From a virus (taxonomy: Duplodnaviria; Caudoviricetes), in IMG/VR virus record IMGVR_UViG_3300031586_000003, positions 1 to 54,571 of that record: DNA of 54,571 nt; one strand, written 5' to 3'. Under the pieces are notes generated by a model. That model ran no database searches and was not told the DNA's origin. It saw only the letters and a list, made by a program, of their open reading frames with translations. The position numbers and the translations under genes are program-made. Positions 8,532-17,282 of the stretch are shown here, one piece after another; within the stretch, counting starts at the first letter, position 1; every line of letters begins with the position of its first letter.

Positions 8532-9882
8532 TTAATTTTTCTTTAACCTTCTTAGCAATTTTCCTTGATAACTCACTTATCTCTTTCTCAGAAGTTGACC
8601 CTACTGGCACAAGGTTCATAGGAAGAAGAGGCTTATTCAACCCTATTGGCTCACGTCCTACCAACTGTCTTTCCTCGTCAATCGGTGCGAAGCCACTCTT
8701 AATGTTAATCTCACGTTCTTTAAGCATTAGTTCCATATCCTCTGGAACGGGATTATCAAAGGCGCAAAATAATTTCTCATCATATCGGGGTAAAAGCTTC
8801 TCGTTCAACTTCTCCTCGAACCGCCTGCACCGAGGAAGTATAGCATTCTTGGCGTGCTGGTAGTTGCCCGCTTTCGCATTGGCCAGATTCACCGCATCAG
8901 TGGTGAGCATGGACATGGGAATCCCGAAGGCGTTGGCTATTTGCTCTTTGCTTTTCTTTCTTCCTGCTAGATAGCTCATTTCTCGGGGTGGAAAGCCGAA
9001 CTCCTTGACCTCTAAATCCCCTTGTAGAACGGCGACCTTTCCTGCCTTTTTGGGCCCGCCGTATGCACCCTTCCACATTTCTGTCAGCCTCTTTCTTTTA
9101 CCCTCACCTTCCAGTCCTCCCTTCTTGGCCAATATGGCAATATCGGGCCTTCCCATATTCTCAAACATAGCTTTCTCGTAATCGGTCATGTCCTTCTCCA
9201 GGTCGTAAGCATTAGCCGCCCCCATCAGCGGCCCCATCCCGTAGAATTCGCTGAACGGAGAAGGGTATTTAAAATGGACGATCTCGGATTCGTCAAACTT
9301 GATTTTTTTCATTCCCCTTTCCAGGACATATCCCTTAATAAATTCTTTGGGATCGGGGATAATCTTCATCCACTGGGAATAAAGCAACCATATCTCGGCA
9401 GGAGTTCCCAGCCCACTTGAAGGACAATACCAATAACCATTCCCCGTAAGCTCAAGGAATATAGTCGTCAGTTCCTTTAGGTCAAACTGATTGTTGAACC
9501 CGTTGACATTCCTCATAAGGTCAAAGAACGGGTGGTCGGTTACTTCCTCTATGTCAACCGCCTTCCTTAGATAGGGCTGCAATGAGGCTTCGGAGAAAAG
9601 ATAATCCTTCTGCTGCTTACTTACCTGTTTGGTCTCGGTCAATTTAAACGTCTTGGTCTTGCTACCCTTAGCTATATATAGCCTCAAGGGTATTCCAGCC
9701 ATAGTCGTGGCGTTGATAGTGACGCAGCTAAAAACCGTATCCCGATAAGCCTTCACCTGGCGGTCGAAGTCCGTGGGCTGCATTTTGCCCTCGCCCATCC
9801 CCCAGGTGGAGTAGTCAACCCAGCCCATATTAGGGGATTTGCGGGTGTAAAAGAAATTCCCTATCTTGTTTAGTAGTCCCAA
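8512..9882 (-). CDS. HK97-family portal protein
   Basis: LELTGNGY, EIVHFKYPSP, YGMGPL, IANAFGIP motifs; follows terL. Confidence 0.95.
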   Translation of the reverse strand: MGLLNKIGNFFYTRKSPNMGWVDYSTWGMGEGKMQPTDFDRQVKAYRDTVFSCVTINATTMAGIPLRLYIAKGSKTKTFKLTETKQVSKQQKDYLFSEASLQPYLRKAVDIEEVTDHPFFDLMRNVNGFNNQFDLKELTTIFLELTGNGYWYCPSSGLGTPAEIWLLYSQWMKIIPDPKEFIKGYVLERGMKKIKFDESEIVHFKYPSPFSEFYGMGPLMGAANAYDLEKDMTDYEKAMFENMGRPDIAILAKKGGLEGEGKRKRLTEMWKGAYGGPKKAGKVAVLQGDLEVKEFGFPPREMSYLAGRKKSKEQIANAFGIPMSMLTTDAVNLANAKAGNYQHAKNAILPRCRRFEEKLNEKLLPRYDEKLFCAFDNPVPEDMELMLKEREINIKSGFAPIDEERQLVGREPIGLNKPLLPMNLVPVGSTSEKEISELSRKIAKKVKEKLNEKAIK

Positions 9883-10218
9883 TCAATTCTCACCTCTTAA
9901 TTCTTTGACAGAAATAACATTATCACCAATATACATATTCCTTAAATTTCTTTTCATTATTTCAGTCGTAACGTTCCCCTTCATCCTTACTTCAAACACT
10001 CTCTCTTTCTCTGGCCAATTGCTGATATTTACAACACCATGATCAAAATATACCTGGGCTCCCTGCCTCAGCCATCTATCAAGTACGATAGTCGTATAAA
10101 AATTAACCCCTTCAATCCCAACGTTGGTTTCACTCGTTCTTACTATGTGACCCCCATGATCCACGACAAAATCTTCAATCATCTTGGCTGATTTTTCATC
10201 TAGTAATTCCGTAGCCAT
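9883..10218 (-). CDS. Hypothetical protein
   Basis: ORF with AGGAGG RBS. Confidence 0.6.
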   Translation of the reverse strand: MATELLDEKSAKMIEDFVVDHGGHIVRTSETNVGIEGVNFYTTIVLDRWLRQGAQVYFDHGVVNISNWPEKERVFEVRMKGNVTTEIMKRNLRNMYIGDNVISVKELRGEN

Positions 10219-10231
10219 TTTACCCCTCCTT

Positions 10232-11503
10232 TTACTCTATTATAAAACCACCTATTTCTACCTGAACTTTACCGATAAACGCCATAATAACTGCGTCAGA
10301 CCTGTTAGGTGACTTTAACCCCCTTTTCTTCATATCCTCTTTGGACTCAGCCTGGATCTTCTTGTCACTCCTGATCTTATACCGAATCCCGGAAAGCTCG
10401 GCTATTAATTGAGGATCATCGGGTAAATCCACATCCCCTTTTTCCAGTCTCTCCCGGAACAGCCAATGAGCTTCAGCCCTCAAATTCAAGAATCTTTCTT
10501 TATCCTGTGCCTCCGCACCACTCACAAATTCCTCTACTCGATAATTCTGCTCTTCCAACCGGTCGTAAACTCCTCCCCCCACTCCGACGGTATCAACCCT
10601 TGTGGTTTCAGGCTTTTCCTCATCAATTACCAAGGCCGTTTCCCCGACGGTCTGCATAGTGCTGACAAATGCCGAGATATGGACTATCCTCACTACCGGC
10701 CCCCGTCTGCGAGCTATTATGTTCTCATCCCCGCCATAGCGGGCTACGTCAACCCCCAACTCACAAGGAGAACTTTCTTCCAAATTCCTCTCCACTGCCA
10801 TCTTGATCCACTTATAGGGGAAAATATAATTACCCTCCGTCATAATGTCCCAGTCACCCTCAAGATACCTCTTGATCCACTCCGGAGGGAACAGGGTTCT
10901 CAAGCGGTCTTCGTAGTCAGAAGGGTTGTAGGGATTCTCCCCTGGCAAAGCCGGAATAAACCGGTGACCAGGTAAGCTCTGCTCTATGAACCTGTGCCTC
11001 ACCCATCCTGGCTCGGGGTTCGTCGCCAGCAAGCCATAGTATTTTATCCCCGGAAGATTCAACCTCAAGCGTGAGGAAAGAATGAGGAAATACTCCTCTT
11101 GAGTCTCAGTAGCCTCATCTATGCCGAACCAGCCCAAATCCATCGATTTAATACGGTCAATGGGCTTATCGGACTGCGTGGGTTTCAACCCTCCGTAGTA
11201 TATAAAAGAGCCATTAATTAATTCATAATACTGGTCGCTCTTGTGGTGGCGTCTAATAAGCTCACCAGGTAGAAACTTCTCCAGGGTCAATAAAGTAGTC
11301 TTCTTGAAGGTAACATTCTCGTGCCGGCACAGGTATCCCCTGTTGCCTGGATATTTAAGGCTAAGTCGTATTCCCTCGTTTGCCAAAAAAGCCGATTTCC
11401 CTCCTCCCATCGCTCCCCCAAAAAGCAAATACATCTCAGGGGCTTCGTGGGCCAATGCTTGTTTTTTTGTCGGCTTATAGATTTGAGAAAGATCAATCTG
11501 CAT
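10232..11503 (-). CDS. terL: Terminase large subunit
   Basis: Walker A GGAMGGGKS, Walker B FGIDEA, ATNP, nuclease GVDVAR...D, SPNRSDA. Confidence 0.95.
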   Translation of the reverse strand: MQIDLSQIYKPTKKQALAHEAPEMYLLFGGAMGGGKSAFLANEGIRLSLKYPGNRGYLCRHENVTFKKTTLLTLEKFLPGELIRRHHKSDQYYELINGSFIYYGGLKPTQSDKPIDRIKSMDLGWFGIDEATETQEEYFLILSSRLRLNLPGIKYYGLLATNPEPGWVRHRFIEQSLPGHRFIPALPGENPYNPSDYEDRLRTLFPPEWIKRYLEGDWDIMTEGNYIFPYKWIKMAVERNLEESSPCELGVDVARYGGDENIIARRRGPVVRIVHISAFVSTMQTVGETALVIDEEKPETTRVDTVGVGGGVYDRLEEQNYRVEEFVSGAEAQDKERFLNLRAEAHWLFRERLEKGDVDLPDDPQLIAELSGIRYKIRSDKKIQAESKEDMKKRGLKSPNRSDAVIMAFIGKVQVEIGGFIIE

Positions 11504-11789
11504 TCTTGTGTTCAGGGATTGCGGAGATTACTGTAATGCTTAAATCTCCACGTAAATCCAAATCAGCCTGAGTTTTATCGGGAAGTAGCTTCTTAACTAA
11601 GGCCACAAGAACGGCATCGTTTCTGTAAGCTCGTTCAACGAAATGCTTGAATAGACTTTTATCTTTTTCTTTTTCAACTTCTCGAATTGCTTTTTGCAAA
11701 TCTAAAGTTAGCTTATTTTTACTACCCTTTGGTCTACCTGGCCCAAGTTTATTCCCTTTTACAAAGCTCGGATTCCCTCTTTTGTCCAT
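11493..11789 (-). CDS. terS: Terminase small subunit
   Basis: FVKGNKLGPGRPKGSKNK N-terminus; overlaps the terL start. Confidence 0.75.
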   Translation of the reverse strand: MDKRGNPSFVKGNKLGPGRPKGSKNKLTLDLQKAIREVEKEKDKSLFKHFVERAYRNDAVLVALVKKLLPDKTQADLDLRGDLSITVISAIPEHKNAD

Positions 11790-11844
11790 TGGCTCTTAAA
11801 TAGTTATTTTTTAGTTATTTTAACTATCCCTCTCAAGTTTAGCA

Positions 11845-12132
11845 TTAAACCCTAACTCTTTTTATAAGACTCAAATGCTCCCTTATCATCATTTCCACCG
11901 CATTTCTCGTTTCTGGCTCTAATTCATCTAAATCTATTGAATGTGATTTATCCTTTCCTATTCCATGTCCATCATATCTACTTAACAATTTTTCTATTTT
12001 TTCCCAAAGTAACTTTTCTTGAACAGTAGTAGCCTTTTCTTTGTTATAACCAGCACGATAAAACAAATCATCCAAAACATTTTCCCCTAACCTTCGCAGA
12101 TACACTTCCCCTACAAAATCCTCTACTAACAT
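11845..12132 (-). CDS. Hypothetical protein
   Basis: ORF with GGAG RBS. Confidence 0.6.
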   Translation of the reverse strand: MLVEDFVGEVYLRRLGENVLDDLFYRAGYNKEKATTVQEKLLWEKIEKLLSRYDGHGIGKDKSHSIDLDELEPETRNAVEMMIREHLSLIKRVRV

Positions 12133-12133
12133 T

Positions 12134-12307
12134 TTACTCTCCTATAGTGATTTTTACCGTCTGATCTGCCTTCATCAAACGGTTAAGTTTATCAATAATC
12201 TCAGGGTCTTCTCCATTAAAATCTATCGTCAGCCTAGCTACTTTGTCTAAGCTCACGAGAGACTTTATTTCTAGCTTTTTAATGAGGGCTTCGAAGGTTA
12301 TCTCCAT
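12134..12307 (-). CDS. Hypothetical protein (57 aa, not in ORF track)
   Basis: MEITFEALIKKLEIKSLVSLDK...; AGGTGG RBS. Confidence 0.6.
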   Translation of the reverse strand: MEITFEALIKKLEIKSLVSLDKVARLTIDFNGEDPEIIDKLNRLMKADQTVKITIGE

Positions 12308-12329
12308 CCCGCACCACCTATAATACTAT

Positions 12330-13347
12330 TCTATAGCGTCTTTCAGAAGACGCTTTGACCATTTTTCTTTTTTAATTATGAATCCTCAAGAATCGATTAT
12401 TCAACTCTCTAATATCAAAAAAGCGGTTTCTGGCTGTCTGAGCAAATATTCCTACTGTAATCGTTACCTCACAGGAAAATCCCAATTTAATCCCTTCTGT
12501 AATACTGCCCTATAGCCAATTACAGAGGACAACTTCACATTTTGTTTTTCTCTGCACGCATCGTCAAAAATCTCACTTTTGGAGCTAAAATGCCAATATC
12601 TCAAAAATGACGATATTCTTAGAAAACTGGTATATTCACTCAAAAAACGGACGCCCTCTTGAAAACTACGATTTGCCGCCCTCCATAACCCCGATAAACA
12701 CTGCATCGCAGAGAGCACCTTTACGTCAAACGAACTTCTGCACGTTTAGGAAAAAATCGTCACGCTTCAAGTAAAATTACCTGTCTGATTTTTTCCTTCT
12801 GAAAAGCTAATTTTTTTTCAGCCTCTTAAAAAAATTCATCAATTTTTAGGAAAATTAGAAAAAGCTCCAAAATAGAAAAATCTGCATATTTCGGAAAAAA
12901 TTGAATGCCCCTATCTCCTCCGTCAGAAAATCGGTTTTTGCTCTCTGAGGTAAATATTCCGATAATAATCGTTCGTCTGAAATAAAATGTTGTTTTTACC
13001 CTTCCTGTAATGCTATTCTATGCTGTGTTTCAGGGAACACTTTCATCGTTTTGTTTTCTTCCGCACGGAAGCAGTCAAAATGCAATTCTTGCGTAAAAAT
13101 CGCAATATCGGGAATCCTAGCGATGTTTTTAAAAAACCGCATATTTTTCACAAAATCGAACGGTCTAATCACTTTTGCCCATTTTACCCTTTCTATGTTA
13201 CCGATGAATACTACATTACAGAAGATAGTTTTGGTTTTTATAAAAAGGTATTGTAAACTTGAAAAAACGCTACGTATTTTTAGAATTATATTTCTCCTTT
13301 TTTCGCTTTCCGATTCACAGTTTTTTTCAGAGCCTCTAAAATAAATT
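12330..13347. repeat. Degenerate tandem duplication (~508-510 bp period), A-tract rich, non-coding
   Basis: 12424 cggtttctggctgtctgagcaaatattcc vs 12932 cggtttttgctctctgaggtaaatattcc; 12691 ccgataaacactgcatcgcaga vs 13201 ccgatgaatactacattacaga; both units end ttttttcag..cctct..aaa. Confidence 0.75.
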
Positions 13348-13469
13348 GCCTCTGTTTTTCCCTATTTTCCATAATTTATGTCCTCTGTATGCCTATCTAG
13401 GACTACATCATAAAAAGAGCCTTTTGAGTATCTTCCCCCTGCCTATATCAACCGTCTTTATCTCCATCC

Positions 13470-13679
13470 CTACACCACCGACTCATCCGGCGTGTTTGCC
13501 GAGTTGGCTACGATTAGCTCAAGGCAAAGACCATCCCTTGCTTCCTGAGAAAGCTCATCATCCGGGTCAATGTTGGCCAGTAGTCGAATCCTATCCAATT
13601 CTTCTTCCAATAATTTATAGGCACTGGAAGGTAATCTGCATTTGAATATGAACCAGTTAGTTGACTCCACCAAAGACAT
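13470..13679 (-). CDS. Hypothetical protein
   Basis: ORF with GGAGG RBS, overlaps HNH gene. Confidence 0.6.
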   Translation of the reverse strand: MSLVESTNWFIFKCRLPSSAYKLLEEELDRIRLLANIDPDDELSQEARDGLCLELIVANSANTPDESVV

Positions 13680-13965
13680 ACGTTTCCTCCCTTTTCTTCT
13701 CCACTTTTGCCTTTATCTCAAATAATTGCTCTTTAGTTAAATATGGCTCTCTCTTAAAATGCGCCCTATCATGGTCGGGCCTGCATATCGAAATCTCATT
13801 ACTGGGAATGCATTGCCCCCCCTGCGAGCGATAGATAATTTCGTGTATTTCCTGGGCTAATCGTTCCCCTCTTCCCTCGGCTAGGCAGACTTCGCAGTAA
13901 GGATGATCCTGCAGGTAAGCCCACTGGGCCAGCCTGTCCTTTTTTCTCCTCATCCTCCAATTCAT
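13657..13965 (-). CDS. Small HNH endonuclease (HK97 gp74-like position)
   Basis: CEVC...EIHEI...SQGG...SNEISICRPDHDRAH. Confidence 0.75.
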   Translation of the reverse strand: MNWRMRRKKDRLAQWAYLQDHPYCEVCLAEGRGERLAQEIHEIIYRSQGGQCIPSNEISICRPDHDRAHFKREPYLTKEQLFEIKAKVEKKREETYVFGGVN

Positions 13966-14165
13966 TTAGCCCGCCTTATCCTCTTCGCCAGTTCTCTCCT
14001 CGCCTTGCGGTTCAGCCCCGGCGGGTTCTTTTTGACCCAGCGCTCTTTTGGCTGCCCGTGCTGCGTCTCCTTATAATCGTTTTTTTCATTCCCCACTTTA
14101 TATCCCCTTCACAATTAGCTAATTGCCGGCGGTCCTTACCCTACGCCAAAGTATATCGGTGGGCT

Positions 14166-14483
14166 TTATTTGCCTAGACAAATTTTACGTATTTTTTTTA
14201 AAGCGGCGTTTAGATGTTGATTAACCGCTTGTTGAATCATACCTAAATCTTGAGCAATTTTCTCTTCTGTCTTGCCCTCAAAAAATCTTTTTTGAACAAC
14301 TTTCTTTTGTTGGTCTGTTAGCTGATTTAAAGCTAGACGCAATAGAAGTCTTTGCCCGTCTGTAAAATCTGACGAAATTCCATTATCAAAAAAGACGTTA
14401 TCTTCTTCGGTAATGGTTTCTTCGATCGGAAGTTCGTTGCCTTCCTCGTCTATAATCGGTTCCAAATCCGAAAATCTTTTCAA
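14166..14483 (-). CDS. Sigma-70 region 4-like HTH transcription regulator
   Basis: LNQLTDQQKKVVQKRFFEGKTEEKIAQDLGMIQQAVNQHLNAALKKIRK. Confidence 0.85.
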   Translation of the reverse strand: MKRFSDLEPIIDEEGNELPIEETITEEDNVFFDNGISSDFTDGQRLLLRLALNQLTDQQKKVVQKRFFEGKTEEKIAQDLGMIQQAVNQHLNAALKKIRKICLGK

Positions 14484-14561
14484 TCATACCCCACTTTCCC
14501 TCCTTTTTATTTTTTTCCCTTTACTACTAGCAATCCTACTAGTGTTTTACTAGTATATCCC

Positions 14562-14588
14562 TTGACTTTTTCCAAAAATGACTATAAT
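14562..14588 (+). promoter_or_regulatory. Sigma70-like promoter (+ strand)
   Basis: TTGACT-15 nt-TATAAT; predicted +1 near 14595. Confidence 0.5.
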
Positions 14589-14594
14589 AAAAAC

Positions 14595-14663
14595 GGGAGT
14601 GCCAGGGAGAACATCCCATAAAACAAGACTGCTTGGCCGCGGACTTGTGGGCGCTCCCATTTT
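14595..14663 (+). ncRNA. Small three-way-junction RNA, antisense to the sigma-4 gene leader
   Basis: P1 GGGAGTGCC/GGCGCTCCC, P2 GGGA/TCCC, P3 ACAAG..CTGC/GCGG..CTTGT, then TTTT; G-U pairs form only on the + strand. Confidence 0.5.
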
Positions 14664-14868
14664 GTTGCTTATTTATACTATTAAATGGTTATATACACCA
14701 AAAAAAGTGTATTAGGCAGAAAGCAAGACGAACATAGAACAAAGTCATTGTTGTTATAGCATTTCTGCCTATATTTAATAAAAAACGAACAGAAAAAAAT
14801 CTCCTTTTAAGATTTTCCGCTGTTCGTGTTAGTCTTTTTGTTAGTCGATGTTTATGTTCGTCAATTAC

Positions 14869-14896
14869 AGTATATACTAAAAATTTAAAGTGTCAA
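14869..14896 (-). promoter_or_regulatory. Sigma70 promoter driving a structured leader of the sigma-4 gene
   Basis: TTGACA-16 nt-TATACT. Confidence 0.75.
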
Positions 14897-14951
14897 GGGG
14901 AAGAGCAAGTGGCTCTTAGATATACATTGACATTTTAGCGTCTTCCCCTAA

Positions 14952-15084
14952 AGTGGCTCTGGCAGGATACCCCTCCCTGCGTCCCTATCATAGCTTTTCC
15001 AATCCGCTCAAGAAAAGTTTCTAGGTTCATCAAGATTCTGGATTGGTTTCTTTCCCAAGCATCCTAGAATGCCACAGAGCCACT
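14952..15084 (-). ncRNA. tRNA-like element B
   Basis: AGTGGCTCTG/CAGAGCCACT stem, TG, GCAT-TCTAGG-ATGC D-like arm, CCAATCC/GGATTGG arm, GCAGG-GAGGGGTAT-CCTGC T-like arm. Confidence 0.7.
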
Positions 15085-15087
15085 ATA

Positions 15088-15115
15088 ATGATAGCAAATA
15101 AATTTAGAATGTCAA
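15088..15115 (-). promoter_or_regulatory. Sigma70 promoter for element B
   Basis: TTGACA-16 nt-TATCAT with TGn extended -10; predicted +1 ~15081 coincides with the first G of the acceptor stem. Confidence 0.65.
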
Positions 15116-15468
15116 GTCCCCTTAATGGATTTTCCTTTTATGTTTGGCCCATCGGGTTTAACCACATACTCTTTATCCAAATTATAGTTGTCAAATGCCT
15201 CTATCTCCTCTGCTTCTTCTGGAAGCCATCGAATTAAAACATTAGCCCTCCATCTCTCACAATATTTGTGTGCAGTCAAATAATTTGCTGTTTTGTTTTT
15301 CCGCAATCTCTCCCAAGCCAAAAATGCCCGCTTCACATAACCTATCCCACAGTCATTGGGAACAAAAAGTCGAACATCATCGGCATAAACTCGTCCAGTA
15401 ACAATCCAAGGTCGGCCTCTTTTCAAAAAATAACCATCAATATATATAGAATGACCTTTAATTTCCAT
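15112..15468 (-). CDS. Hypothetical protein
   Basis: ORF with GGAG RBS. Confidence 0.6.
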   Translation of the reverse strand: MEIKGHSIYIDGYFLKRGRPWIVTGRVYADDVRLFVPNDCGIGYVKRAFLAWERLRKNKTANYLTAHKYCERWRANVLIRWLPEEAEEIEAFDNYNLDKEYVVKPDGPNIKGKSIKGT

Positions 15469-15469
15469 A

Positions 15470-15652
15470 TTAATCTCCTAATAATTTTTCCTTTTTCTCT
15501 AAACTACGGTATTTTGTGCATAGATACACTCTTCCCCCGCTTGAAGCCATCGTAAGTCGTCTAGAACGAATATTACATACATCAGATGCCTTTGAATAGA
15601 ATTTACAGCTATCAGCGAATCTACATCTAGCATTCATTTTATTTTTCCTCAA
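15470..15652 (-). CDS. Small Cys-rich hypothetical protein
   Basis: ORF track. Confidence 0.45.
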   Translation of the reverse strand: MRKNKMNARCRFADSCKFYSKASDVCNIRSRRLTMASSGGRVYLCTKYRSLEKKEKLLGD

Positions 15653-16103
15653 TCACAATCTGCGTCCTCGGTTGCTTCCTATCATACAGCAATTCCCAAT
15701 CTAAGTCAACCCTGTCATTAGAATCATCTACAATAACCCGCCCTTTTAGGCAGTCCAAAATTACTTTAGGTGTATAATTATCCTTATCCCTCTTATGTTT
15801 TGTCCTGAAATAATACTTAATCCTGATTTTCGCTCTCTCAAACAACCTAACCAGCCGCGCCCCCTCCCCCGCCTGCGCCAGCGCCTTGACCACCTCGACA
15901 TCCCAGTCGTCCTGCGTGGAGCTATCAGGAGTGATGGGAATAATTAGTTTTAGAATTCTTGTCACTGGGACAAACTCTGCTCTTGTATTGTCTATATTGC
16001 TCTTGGCTATATCTAGGACAACCATTGCGTCACCTGGAGGGGTATCATATTTTTTCAATAAATTAACTATCTTTTTTGCCATTATTTTATGATTTTCCCA
16101 CAT
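15639..16103 (-). CDS. RusA-like Holliday junction resolvase
   Basis: KRDKDNY.PK..LDCLKG..IVDDS motif. Confidence 0.8.
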   Translation of the reverse strand: MWENHKIMAKKIVNLLKKYDTPPGDAMVVLDIAKSNIDNTRAEFVPVTRILKLIIPITPDSSTQDDWDVEVVKALAQAGEGARLVRLFERAKIRIKYYFRTKHKRDKDNYTPKVILDCLKGRVIVDDSNDRVDLDWELLYDRKQPRTQIVIEEK

Positions 16104-16104
16104 T

Positions 16105-16398
16105 TCACAGCCTCTTTTGTAAATCTTTTAATCTTATTAGGATGTAATCATCCTTTCTGTTAGCCGCTTTCAAAGCAAGGATGGGTATTTTCTTCTCCTT
16201 CTTCGCCTTCGGTACAATCTCGGTAAACCACTCCAGCATTGCTATCGTCTTTCTGCGCTTGCACTCAATATAAAAGCGCCCGTGGAGGGTATCCGAGCTG
16301 GTGCCGACCTTACTCATCTTGCCGCTCAAACTATTCCTCAACGTCCCGAATGCTTTGGCTATACGCCTTTCGTGTGCCTTCCAAGATTTATCACTCAT
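16105..16398 (-). CDS. PD-(D/E)XK resolvase-like nuclease
   Basis: KAHERRIAK...SDTL...YIECKRRK. Confidence 0.75.
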   Translation of the reverse strand: MSDKSWKAHERRIAKAFGTLRNSLSGKMSKVGTSSDTLHGRFYIECKRRKTIAMLEWFTEIVPKAKKEKKIPILALKAANRKDDYILIRLKDLQKRL

Positions 16399-16411
16399 AC
16401 TAACACCTCCC

Positions 16412-16744
16412 TTAACTGCGGGGTTTAAAATCTTTTATAAAGCAGGGAATTGTCTTTGCTCTCCACGATTCTTCAACTTGAGTTCTATCCTCTGCCCTAA
16501 ATAACGATTTGCATTTCGGGCAGATTGGTGCGGCAAAGACATCATAAAATTCTACCTCTCCCCAATTAGCATAAACCGATAAAGGCTTCTTGCCTTCGGT
16601 ATAACCGCAGTTGATACATTTATAATCAACATCGAATCTGCCACACTCACCGCACTTCACGCATATTTCGCCGTAAGTTAGCTCAGGGTGGCGGCAACCC
16701 TTGACTGGACGATAATCTAGATGAATAGCATTTACCTGGTTCAT
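16412..16744 (-). CDS. Multi-zinc-finger hypothetical protein
   Basis: Several CxxC pairs. Confidence 0.6.
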   Translation of the reverse strand: MNQVNAIHLDYRPVKGCRHPELTYGEICVKCGECGRFDVDYKCINCGYTEGKKPLSVYANWGEVEFYDVFAAPICPKCKSLFRAEDRTQVEESWRAKTIPCFIKDFKPRS

Positions 16745-16941
16745 ACCAACACCTCCTCTTTAATCCGCTTCTTCCTCATCCACGCAACATGCTTTCGCAC
16801 CTTCTCCTCAAGCAAAGCCGCCCCCTTCGCACCCAGCCATACGCCGTCCCTCACTACCTGCAGGTCGCCGAGCCAGACATCGGCGGTGGCATAGTTGTGG
16901 CGGATGAGCTTTTTTATTGCGTCTGTGTCAATTTGGCTCAT
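16741..16941 (-). CDS. Hypothetical protein
   Basis: Coupled ORF; start region shared with dnaB via a 31-bp repeat. Confidence 0.6.
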   Translation of the reverse strand: MSQIDTDAIKKLIRHNYATADVWLGDLQVVRDGVWLGAKGAALLEEKVRKHVAWMRKKRIKEEVLV

Positions 16942-17282
16942 TTTTGCTCCTTATTCCAATAGCGAATAGGCTTCCCATTCGCCTTTGCATATTCTATTTC
17001 ACGTCTTGTTGATTCACCTATATAGCCATCAAGGTTGATAACAAAGACTTCGTCAGCCAAATCTATTTTCCTTAAATGAAGTTCATCTAATGCTTCTTTA
17101 TTCCCTGATTTTTCACCGAAATGGTCAAGTCCATTCCAACCTTGTTCGTCCGCATACCAAGACGGTAAACAGTTAATCATCAAACATATAGCCTTGCCGT
17201 CTTTCTCTAATTCCCATCTTTTTATTGCGTGATAATCGGCAAATCTGGTTGAGCCACAAATACATATAATTTTAGGCTTCAT
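16938..17282 (-). CDS. Nucleoside 2-deoxyribosyltransferase-like fold protein
   Basis: ICICGSTRF...LHLRKIDLADEVFVIN.DGYIGESTRREIEYA. Confidence 0.7.
   Translation of the reverse strand: MKPKIICICGSTRFADYHAIKRWELEKDGKAICLMINCLPSWYADEQGWNGLDHFGEKSGNKEALDELHLRKIDLADEVFVINLDGYIGESTRREIEYAKANGKPIRYWNKEQK

Noticed and set aside
12464-13344. ORFs 12464-12718 (-), 13020-13256 (+) and 13051-13344 (+)
   Set aside because: No RBS, low-complexity translations, frames not preserved between the duplicated units
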